Source: Mytilus trossulus
Lineage: Eukaryota
DNA: 64,000 nucleotides
Reading direction: 5' to 3'
NCBI RefSeq assembly: GCF_036588685.1
Contig: NC_086382.1
Span: forward strand, 38,564,001-38,628,000
Position 1 is the first letter of the stretch. Every line of letters begins with the position of its first letter. The notes under the pieces are model-generated. The model saw nothing but the letters and a program-made list of their open reading frames with translations. It was not told the origin of the DNA and made no database searches. The translations under genes and the position numbers were made by a program. Shown here piece after piece: positions 1 through 9,650 of the stretch.

Positions 1-121
1 TTTGGATCCACAATCGACTTATGAAAGAGTATACCGAATTGCTAAAACACTTTCTAAGGTATACATTTATATTTGATATAAAGATCTATCACGAAAACTT
101 TGAAAAATTGAAATTCCCTAC

Positions 122-230
122 CTGACTTTCCGACACCTTGTATTCCAAGAATGAGAATATTAACATCCTTATGACTGTGTTTTTGAATTTTTTCCTCAGT
201 TGCAGGTTTTGGATCTTTATGAAACGGCAT
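122..230 (-). CDS. First coding exon of a Ras-superfamily small GTPase (RERG/RASL11/RASL12-like), copy A
   Basis: ATG at 230; encodes MPFHKDPKPATEEKIQKHSHKDVNILILGIQGVGKS (hydrophobic beta1 plus GxxxxGKS P-loop). Phase-1 donor TCAG|GTAGGG at 121, an intron position seen in RERG/RASL/RIT-type genes. Remaining exons presumably lie left of the window. Confidence 0.8.
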
Positions 231-290
231 ATCACAATTTGTTTTTGAATTATTCCTATGCGTTATCAATATAACACAATAAGTATTCGT

Positions 291-336
291 AACTGAATTA
301 CAAGAAATTATAGACAAGTAAATTACATTGCGTCAT
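291..336 (-). promoter_or_regulatory. Putative proximal promoter of GTPase exon copy A (TGACGCAA CRE/CEBP-like site and TCAGTT Inr-like motif)
   Basis: ttgcgtca at 328-335 is perfectly kept in all three copies (12819-12826, 31192-31199) although flanks diverge. A minus-strand CAGT lies 60-70 nt upstream of each ATG; it could instead be a splice acceptor. Confidence 0.4.
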
Positions 337-1177
337 CTCATGTATCGAACTCTGCTAAATTGCTGGAATAAATGACTAGCTGTTGTTTAATCAATTTGGT
401 GGCTGTACAAACAGAACGGTTGATGTATCTTATTATAACAGTAACAATATTATATTAGTAGATCGCAAAGGCTGTATGTTATGCACATGTGAACATTACA
501 CAGACGCATTACATATATACTAAACGTTTTCCTCAACCTCAAGATCTTAAGATCTCTAATTAGACAACTGTTTTCTTGAGGATAGAAAGGTATGATAGGT
601 TTATATATATGATCTTCTCTTGTTAATTATTGTGAAACTGATACCTTTCAATCATTCCCATTACGAAAAAATATCTATGTATAAATAAACAAAATATTTA
701 CTAAAGTGTTTCTTCCCTCACATATTTCTTATTAATTAATTCATACAATTATTAATGAAATGTAATAATATTCCGTTTGAAATTTATTCCAACTAATTGC
801 TACTACGGTAGAAGCAAAGAGTTACTTCGTGTGTTAGAGTAGTTTTGGATCAATTATACAACTATAAAGTATATGAAGTTTCTTAACATCAATAACTTTT
901 TCACATGCGTAATTCTAACTGCTTCTTCTAACCAATTGCGCTACTTAAACAGAAACGCTCTGTTGGCATTTTCCATTGAAGCTTCTAATAAAGATAACAG
1001 CATATGATAGATCAATTAAAAAGGTTATAAAATAAAATATCACAAGAACAACGAACATAAATGTACTGATAGATAAGACATAAATTAAACTCTGCATGAA
1101 CCTTAGTTTTCTCTCGTCTTATACCTATTATAAGTTGTTTACTCCTTTTTGCGAATGTTTTAATACGAAATCACTTG

Positions 1178-1378
1178 ATCTACTTACCCTTCCGGAGCAC
1201 CTGAGATCACCCCTAGTTTTTGGTGGGGTTCGTGTTGTTTATTCTTTAGTTTTCTATGTTGTGTCATGTGTACTTTTGTTTTTCTGTTTGTCTTTTTCAT
1301 TTTTAGTCATGGCGTTGTCAGTTTGTTTTAGATTTATGAGTTTGACTGTCCCTTTGGAATCTTTCGTCCCTCTTTTTT
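1178..1378 (+). mobile_element. 3' tail fragment of a Penelope-like element (family C)
   Basis: cttacccttccggagcacctgagatcacc...ctttcgtccctcttt. The same tail follows an RT C-terminal FYGRHHELV peptide at 42480. It is absent from the paralogous site near 13645. Confidence 0.65.
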
Positions 1379-2183
1379 TAAACGATCACAACTTCCTGCG
1401 GTTTCGTTGTCGCGTTACTCATATTCATACAAAACAATATATACTTATTGAATCTAATTTTATAAATCTTAAACGATAAAACATACTGTTAGCTCTTCAA
1501 CCATGTCGGTTCTTTTACATCCTTTGGATTTTGAAATTCAGCTTGGAGCATGTCGGATGATAGTAAATGGTAGATCTTGGAAAACACTCCGGATGCATAA
1601 CATTTATACACTATTTTCAATTTGTTAAGTACATGCATTACAATTTTTTCTTATTCTTTGTACCTATAAAATACTTTCATCTATCTTTCATCTATTTTCT
1701 CAATTTGTGCAAACTATATTTGTATAGTTTTTGTATTGTCTTATGTGGTTGAGATACACATGTGGGTACAACAATTAAAAGATACAAAAACTAATTTAAA
1801 AGACAATAAACAAGTTTTGAACATACGTATTTAAAGAATTACAGTAACAGAACAGAAAAGTCAACTTTAATAGCACAAAGTTGTTACCGTTTATCCTTAA
1901 CAATGGAATAAAAATTGGGATTTTCGTCCATAATGTATTAGAATTTTTAATGATTGCAATAGGGGGATTTCCATTATCAATGGTTATCTTGACATGAATA
2001 TCTATAATGTGGTCAATTTTATAAATTTCCTGTTTACAAAACTTTGAATTTTTCGAAAAACTAAGGATTTTCTTATCCCAGGCATAGATAACCTTAGCCG
2101 TATTTGGCACAACTTTTTGGAATTTTGGATCCTCAATGCTCTTCAACTTTGTACTTGTTTGGTTTTATAAATAGTTTGATTTG

Positions 2184-2228
2184 AGCGTCACTGATGAGTC
2201 TTGTGTAGACGAAACGCGCGTCTGGCGT
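2184..2228 (+). ncRNA. Type I hammerhead ribozyme (minimal helix III, palindromic GCGC loop)
   Basis: cgtca-CTGATGA-gtct tgtgt agac-GAAAC gcgc GTC-tggcg: helix I cgtca/tggcg, helix II gtct/agac; predicted cleavage after C2222. Confidence 0.9.
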
Positions 2229-2537
2229 ACTAAATTATATTCCTCGTACCTTTGAAAACTATTAACAACACTGGGTCGATGCCACTGCTGGTGGACGTTT
2301 CGCTCCGAGGGTATCACCAGCCAAGTAGTCAACACTTCGGTGTTGACATGAATATCAATAATGTGGTCAATTTTATAAATTTCCTGTTTACAAAACTTTG
2401 AATTTTTCGAAAAACTAAGGATTTTCTTATCCCAGGCATAGATTACCTTAGCCGTATTTGGCACAACTTTTTGGAATTTTGGATCCTCAATGCTCTTCAA
2501 CTTTGTACTTGTTTGGTTTTATAAATATTTTGATTTG

Positions 2538-2582
2538 AGCGTCACTGATGAGTCTTGTGTAGACGAAACGCCCGTCTGGCGT
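2538..2582 (+). ncRNA. Type I hammerhead ribozyme (loop III GCCC variant)
   Basis: Same core; loop III reads gccc instead of gcgc; predicted cleavage after C2576. Confidence 0.8.
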
Positions 2583-2891
2583 ACTAAATTATATTCCTCG
2601 TACCTTTGAAAACTATTAACAACACTGGGTCGATGCCACTGCTGGTGGACGTTTCGCTCCGAGGGTATCACCAGCCAAGTAGTCAACACTTCGGTGTTGA
2701 CATGAATATCAATAATGTGGTCAATTTTATAAATTTCCTGTTTACAAAACTTTGAATTTTTCGAAAAACTAAGGATTTTCTTATCCCAGGCATAGATTAC
2801 CTTAGCCGTATTTGGCACAACTTTTTGGAATTTTGTATCTTCAATGCTCTTCAACTTTGTACTTGTTTGGTTTTATAAATATTTTGATTTG

Positions 2892-2936
2892 AGCGTCACT
2901 GATGAGTCTTGTGTAGACGAAACGCGCGTCTGGCGT
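2892..2936 (+). ncRNA. Type I hammerhead ribozyme
   Basis: Intact core; predicted cleavage after C2930. Confidence 0.9.
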
Positions 2937-3246
2937 ACTAAATTATATTCCTCGTACCTTTGATAACTATTAACACCACTGGGTCGATGCCACTGCTGGT
3001 GGACGTTTCGTCCCCGAGGGTATCACCAGCCCAGTAGTCAACACTTCGGTGTTGACATGAATATCAATAATGTGGTCAATTTTATAAATTTCCTGTTTAC
3101 AAAACTTTGAATTTTTCGAAAAACTAAGGATTTTCTTATCCCAGGCATTAATTACCTTAGCCGTATTTGGCACAACTTTTTGGAATTTTGGATCCTCAAT
3201 GCTCTTCAACTTTGTACTTGTTTGGTTTTATAAATATTTTGATTTG

Positions 3247-3291
3247 AGCGTCACTGATGAGTCTTGTGTAGACGAAACGCGCGTCTGGCGT
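3247..3291 (+). ncRNA. Type I hammerhead ribozyme
   Basis: Intact core; predicted cleavage after C3285. Confidence 0.9.
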
Positions 3292-3609
3292 ACTAAATTA
3301 TATTCCTCGTACCTTTGATAACTATTATCTTTCGTTGAAAGGAAATAAGCCACAAAAAATATCAAACATTTTTTTTCCTTTGTCAAAAGTATATGTAAGG
3401 ATTGGAATTTTCAACAATGCATACAAATCATTTAATATACAATTTATATATGTATTGAAAAACAGCGATATCAATACACTCGAATTAATCATAATTACAA
3501 TGGATTGATTTAAACACCCGAAAACAGTGTTTGATTTTTTTTTCACTTCAAAGGCACTTGTTTAGATATAGCTTTTATATGCACAAATCGTTGATATACA
3601 ATGTATGTT

Positions 3610-4025
3610 AATTTGTGTTACTATGTCTTTTGATCGAGTTAAGACATTCAAATTGATATTTTTTAGTGTGTCTTTCTATGTTTGATGTTACACTATTGTT
3701 ATAGATAAGGGTGAAGATAAGGTACCATATGAACGTTTTAACCCGCTTCAATTGTTGTACCTGTCCTAAGTCAGGATTTTTATGTTTCATAGTTGTCGTT
3801 TTTTATGTGGTTCATGAGGGTTTCTCGTTTCTTATAAAGATTTGACTGTTGATTTTCTCCTTTGAATGGTTTTACACTAGAATGTTTTTAGCTTGATGGC
3901 ATGCTGTTCAGCTTGAGCCGAGTCTCCATTTTGAAGACCGTTCCATGATCTATAAAGATTTACTTTATAAATGGTGACATGCGTGGAGAGTTGTTTTATT
4001 GGAACTCATACCACATCTTCCTATT
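3610..4025 (+). mobile_element. Degenerate PLE-type 3' tail
   Basis: Contains cctgtcctaagtcagga (3760-3776) and ends in ctcataccacatcttcct, like the tail downstream of the PLE RT near 54540. Confidence 0.5.
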
Positions 4026-4219
4026 TCATATATAATGAAGGATTGGTAAAGAAATTAGTATATTTGAATTTCATAACTAATTTATGTTTTCAATATTTCT
4101 CTCGCTAAAACTTAAATATACATGTCAATATGCGTTTTACTCTTCGACTTGACTATTTATTTGACTATATATTATTCTTTGCAACAGGTTAGTTTTATGT
4201 ATTAATTTATGTTACAATA

Positions 4220-4700
4220 TTTCGGCAAATTGAAACACACGTTCTTGATAATAAAAGGTATGAATGGCAGGTGAAGGGCTTATCAATGTACGATCAGTTT
4301 GCTTGCTAGACAAAAAGAATGGCTGGTTAATCTAATTATAGCAGCAACAGTATTATATAAGATAAAAGAAGTAAACAAAGGTTTAAGGTTGTATATAATT
4401 GAGGTAATTACGTAACAAAACACGTATTACTTGTTTAATCAATCGTTTTTTAAATATCAGTCGAATAAAATAAATGATACGCTTTATTCTATATTTTTAC
4501 CTGTTGAATATTGTAACACAAAGCGGAATATCGTTCAATTAAATTAATTCTCACATCATCAGAGAAAAAAATTGTATATCCATTTAGTTGAGTAATAATA
4601 GCAATGTACAACAGTGCATAAGTAATTATATAATGTTTTCAGATTCAATTATTCGAAATTATTGCATATGCATTTCAGTTGACTCACTCAACTGTTTGCA
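4220..4700. promoter_or_regulatory. Conserved distal non-coding block present in five duplication units (putative enhancer/promoter)
   Basis: Core taagataaaagaagtaaac (GATA and Fox-like sites), ttacgt(c/a)a CRE/bZIP site and a TATATAA-like motif; copies near 14210, 22350, 32292 and 41219. Confidence 0.4.
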
Positions 4701-4708
4701 AAATACTT

Positions 4709-4852
4709 TAGGGGCCAGCTGAAGGACGCCTCCGGGTGCGGGAATTTCTCGCTACATTGAAGATCTGTTGGTGACCTTCTGCTGTTGTTTTTTTTAGTTG
4801 GTCGGGTTGTTGTCTCTTTGACACATTCCCCATTTCCATTCTCAATTGTATT
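4709..4852 (+). mobile_element. Interspersed repeat family A (probable PLE-type 3' end)
   Basis: ggggccagctgaaggacgcctccgggtgcgg...cccatttccattctcaatt; reverse-strand copies at 6255, 9195, 12237, 42869, 56666 and 59603, all sharing the same end. Confidence 0.7.
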
Positions 4853-5846
4853 AATTGCTGAAGTAGAATTACTATAATTTATTTATACGTATAAGTATAA
4901 TATGACATAGCAACCTGCTATACGGCACATACGAAAAAAACATTAAAAGAACATAAGATCACCTCCAGTATAAAACCTTAGTTTTAAATGCCCCTTTGCC
5001 ATCGTTCAAAGCTTTCTTACTAACTGGAAAATGAAAAAAAAAATGAAATTGAATTAATCAATTAACAATTTTTTCATATACAAATTCAGAGAATAATGAA
5101 CAAGATCTTTCAATACGGTACATGGATTTTCTTCTTTTCATTGATTTGAATTCATTGGTAAACAGCTATCGCCCTTAATATTATCTTCACAATCACAGAA
5201 CGTTTTATGAGACTACAATGAAACATAGTAATACGATTATTAGAAGTTTAAGAATAAGAAAGATAAGAACTAAAACAAATTAATCGTTTATTACATTAAT
5301 CATAGATGATGAACACTGTGTCAGTGCGCTAACACACACGGAAATATCTCGGCTATAACAACTGAGGTAATGAAGATGACCTTAACAAAAATATTTTGTT
5401 CGGCGGTCACGACACTGCGGACAATGCCCTCGATTACAAAGATGCATCAGCAGTAAAATTCACTCATGATTGACAAAAATAGCATATACAATCTGCTTTT
5501 ATTGATTGATTGTTAACCACTAATTGTTGCAGGGGAATTTGCTTGTTGTTGAAGACCGTTTGTTTACCCTTACATGTCTTTTACTTATATATAGTTTCAA
5601 TGTGTCTTAATAAATTTGACGTATTATTCACGTCCATCTACTTTGACCCTACATTCGTTAAGACTATTATGCTATCATAGTCGAATTTAATTCTGAAATA
5701 GAATCAATAATCCATGACGCAGTCGCTAATAGAGTTGTATATATATACTATTATAAGTACGTCTGAGCAAATGACAACTCTACAACAGATTTATCCGTCG
5801 GATCACCAACAGTGACGTTGATACACGGCTGTGTACATAAGATATA

Positions 5847-7023
5847 TGTCGTGTACAAGTTGTGATTTTGTACCTCGTACATGTTATAACCTGTACAAAA
5901 TATTGTTTAAAAATGGTTTCAACTTGAACAAAATAAAAAAAAAGGAATATGTTTCTATTATCGCAATAGACTTTATAAGCCTCATTAATATTTTCATAAT
6001 TTTTTTATTATTCCTTCATGTTTGTGTGTTTTGTCCTTTTTTGATACATTTAATGTCCAGGGGTCGGTATTTCGAAGCATTTCTTAGACCTGTCATACGA
6101 TATTTTTTATGATCCTCTTATGACTATCTATAGACATATCTTTATTTGATGAATTATAGTTGTGAGTGTCCACTTTGAAGGCAATAGTAAAATACTTTTA
6201 TTCTAGTTGACACTAAAAGGCATAACAGGATGGCAAGGATAGATGTGTCTACAAATAAAATTGGGAATGGAAATGGGGTATGTGTCTACAAGACAACAAC
6301 CCGCCCATGGAGCAGACACCATCCAAAGGCCACAATACATGCTTTCAAAGTAGATGATATATATTTAAAACATCAAAATGAAATTCACCTTGTGCAATGA
6401 TCTTATAGTTTGTAAAAAAAAAAAATTGAGTTATAAATTTACATAAGTCATGCTGAAGGCTAAAAATGTTGAAGAGTAGTCCCAAAGATATTGATAATGA
6501 AGCGTGGTAATGGAAACTATTTCAGCTCTCTCTTGCTTTTACAGAGTAAGCATATAAGACATTGTTTTAGTCTTTGCGTGCTATAAAACGAGAGGGAGGA
6601 GTTTGACTCAAAATTATTAGGCATTGTTCTTAAATTTTTTGGAAAAATTTAGTTACTTCTATCTTATGTAATTGTCATTGAGGAAATGCAAGCTTGTAGT
6701 AAATAGTGTCACACTTATTTAAGCCATGATGGACTGCATAAAACATACAATTACACGAACACACATTTTGCCAACAAAGTCAAGAAACATATTTCTTAAG
6801 CTTTGTGATCACTGTCCTCTACAGAAAAAAAACACGGTCTGGCCTATTTATTGTTGTTCTTTATGCATTGGTGAATTTAAATGTATATTTTATTTCAGTA
6901 AGATTTATCTTAAATTTTATAAGTTAAAATCATTTTAGAGCAATACTTTGTACAGGTTATAACATGTATAAGGTACTTTTCTACATGTGATAAACTGTAC
7001 AAAATCGCAACTTGTACACGACA
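5847..7023 (+). mobile_element. Ginger-like non-autonomous DNA transposon with a relic HHCC integrase zinc-binding domain
   Basis: Long TIRs TGTCGTGTACAAGTTG.GATTTTGTAC with TGT...ACA termini and tata/cata flanks. Internal frameshifted CHTYLSHDGLHKTY...FLKLCDHC at ~6707-6817. Confidence 0.55.
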
Positions 7024-7032
7024 CATATACAA

Positions 7033-7198
7033 CTAGTCTAAACATTCACCCAACAATGTTAAATTTGTAAATTTGCTTTCGCAAATTTTGTGTTCTTCCC
7101 TCGCCGGGATTCGAACCCATGCTACTGAGATATCGTGACACCAAATCGCCTGCACTGTAGACGTCCCGGTTGGTCGTCTGGTTTAGCGGGACGGCTAA
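7033..7198 (-). mobile_element. tRNA-derived SINE
   Basis: B-box GGTTCGAATCC on the minus strand (~7108-7118) followed by a non-tRNA tail; no full cloverleaf. Confidence 0.65.
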
Positions 7199-7266
7199 TT
7201 CAGGTAGAAATAAGGTTTTGTTTTGACATGATGTAGTTATCAAAAGTACCAGGATTATAATTTTAT

Positions 7267-7311
7267 ACACCAGACGCGCGTTTCGTCTACATAAGACTCA
7301 TCAGTGACGCT
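7267..7311 (-). ncRNA. Type I hammerhead ribozyme
   Basis: Minus strand: agcgtca CTGATGA gtct tatgt agac GAAAC gcgc GTC tggtgt. Confidence 0.85.
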
Positions 7312-7620
7312 CAGAACAAAATAGTTAAAAAGCCAAATAAATACAAAGTTGAAGATCATTGAGGACCCAAAATTCCTAAAAATTGTGCCAAATACGGCTA
7401 AGGTAATCTACTCCTGGGGTAAGAAATTCCTTAGTATTTCGAAAAATTCAAAGTTTTGTAAACAGAAAATTTAAAAAATGACCATATAATTGATATTCAT
7501 GTCAACACCGAAGTGCTGACTACTGGGCTGGTGATACCCTCGGGGACGAAACGACCACCAGCAGTGGCATCGACCCAGTGGTGTTAATAGTTATCAAAAG
7601 TACCAGGATTATAATTTTAT

Positions 7621-7665
7621 ACGCCAGACGCGCGTTTCGTCAACATAAGACTCATCAGTGACGCT
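7621..7665 (-). ncRNA. Type I hammerhead ribozyme
   Basis: Minus strand: agcgtca CTGATGA gtc ttatgtt gac GAAAC gcgc GTC tggcgt. Confidence 0.82.
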
Positions 7666-9194
7666 CAGATCAAAATAGTTATAAAGCCAAATAAATACAA
7701 AGTTGAAGAGCATTGAGGACCCAAAATTCCAAAAAAAGTTGTGCCAAATACGGCTAAGGTAATCTACTCCTGGGGTAAGAAATTCCTTAGTATTTCGAAA
7801 AAAAACACCGAAGTGCTGACTACTGTGCTGGTGATATCCGTTATTTGAACTCAAAACATGCACGTTGGAGGAGCAAGGGGCTCGGGAAATACCCCCTTCA
7901 ATCCACCATTTCTACATTTGAATATGCGCTTATATGCAATTAAAATTACTTAGTCCTTTTTTTAAAATCAGGTAGAAATGAGGTTTTGTTTTTACATGAT
8001 GTGACGCACGTTATTTGAACTCAAAACATGCACGTGAGAGGAGCAAGGGTTCGGAAATTATTCCCTTCAATTCAGCCTTTTCTTCATATGAAAATGCCTG
8101 TACCATGTCAGGAATATGACAGTTGTTTTCCATTCGTTTGATGTGTCTTCTCATTTTATTTTGCCATGTGATTAAGAACTTTCCGATTGAATTTTCCTCG
8201 GAGTTCATTATTTTTTCGATTTTACTTTTCACTGCAAGGGATTATTCGTGGATGAGAAGAAGAATGCATGAAACCCATTAAACGACACATGAACATTTAT
8301 TCACGGTGGTCATGTAACAGCTAAGACTATTTTTCGACAGGAGGAAGAAAATGGACTGAAATATTATGTCATTATGTTAAAGAAAACTGAGAATATTTTA
8401 AAGTAACGATATTTTCGTAATATCAATTATCGTCAGTTTATTTGTAAAATTATTGTTCTAAAAGGCCTGTTTTTATAAATGGAAAAACAGATGTGCTTAT
8501 AACAATATTTAGAAAAAGCAGAATTAATATCCGGGAAGATGTTCGGATGAAGAAAACAGAAACAGTTAACTTGATGTCGTGAGTGTATAATAACCTGAAA
8601 AAAATTGTTATCGTAATATTTTTATGGTTTTGGGTCAGGGATGTTACAAATATCCTAATTAACTTACACATTTACTAAAAAAATTAGAAAAGAGAAGTAA
8701 AGGTTTGTATGTTTTGCAATATCTGGGATTTCAGTAATCAAGTTTCCTGTTTTGTTGTAAAAGCTGAATTTAAGTAGCTACACTATATATATATGTAAAA
8801 CCCCGACAGCGATCGTGTTGTTTTTTGAAGAAACTGGCGTTTAAAAGAATACTCATATGCTTTCACCGGTAAACTGTTCAACAGAGAGTTCGGAAATGTA
8901 ATAGTGTAAAAGCTTTATTTAGTTAGAAAGTTAGACAAAATAGAACAGAGCTAAATCAATCCTAGGCTATTTGTCTTAATCTAAATTGTTTGTTTCGCTT
9001 TTAGATTGGTAGCTACAATTTCTTCGTGGACTACAACACTACATGTAACCGTTTTCGATATACAGACTTTTACTGAATCAGTATTTTCAAGTCCAAAAAA
9101 ATGATGGATTTTTCTCGTTACTTCTCTAGCAATTCCGCTCTTAAATTTACATTCCGTATAGCAGAGTGGAAAATACAATATGTTATCATAAATA

Positions 9195-9650
9195 TAAAAT
9201 TGAGAATGGAAATAGGGAATGTGTCAAGGAGACAACAACCCGACCATAAAACAGACAACAGCAGAAGGTCGTCAGCAGGTCTTTAATGCAGCGAGAATTC
9301 CCGCACCCAGAGGCGTCCTTCAGCTGGCCCATAAACAAATATACTAGTTCAGTGATAATGAACGCCATCAATATTAACGCCAAAATATACAATCTTTAAT
9401 GACCTGACAACAGTATCGTGACTATATCCCTTCTTAATAAGTCTATTTAAAGGTTTTGTTAGCTTTTGAGGTGAATATTAACTTTTTTTGTGCTTTATAA
9501 GGAATATTTCCATAAAACAATGAATGTGAATAACCTGAAAGTATAAGAAGTCTGCATGTTGATCTATAATTAAGAATAATGTCCTTATACCGATGATAAA
9601 ATTACAAAATGTTTTGACTAGTTTGTGATATCGAAAACCTAGATGGCTAT
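9195..9650 (-). mobile_element. Family A repeat (internally deleted long form)
   Basis: Matches 56666-57455 with an internal deletion near 9368. Confidence 0.65.

Larger units (their letters stand above)
1989..3327 (+). mobile_element. Non-LTR retrozyme tandem array, ~3.8 copies of a 354-355-nt unit, each with a type I hammerhead ribozyme
   Basis: CTGATGA cores at 2191, 2545, 2899 and 3254 (spacing 354/354/355); units nearly identical. Matches the described ~350-nt metazoan (mussel-type) HHR retrozyme organisation. Confidence 0.9.
7234..7838 (-). mobile_element. Non-LTR retrozyme insertion (~1.7 units, two hammerheads 354 nt apart)
   Basis: Reverse complement of the 354-nt unit; tcatcag at 7298-7304 and 7652-7658; the 5'-most unit has an internal deletion. 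Confidence 0.88.

Noticed and set aside
54-317. ORF-track versions (54-317, 12430-12717) as complete proteins
   Set aside because: Similarity collapses right after the GT donor following GKS, so the C-terminal parts are intron read-through.
1096-1479. 127-aa hydrophobic ORF as a membrane protein
   Set aside because: It spans a family C repeat insertion; the hydrophobicity reflects T-rich repeat sequence.
2978-3056. HDV-like or twister ribozyme in the retrozyme structured domain
   Set aside because: The strand order partly resembles HDV, but P1.1, P4 and the catalytic C are missing; the twister T1/T2 pairings are not satisfied.
1796-3209. Four repeated ORFs MKSIEDPKFQKVVPNTAK... as a peptide gene family
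   Set aside because: They are the antisense reading of the retrozyme unit, start at non-ATG codons, and their stops vary between copies.
7090-7198. tRNA gene
   Set aside because: Only the B-box/T-arm is present, with no cloverleaf, and it is followed by a SINE-like tail.
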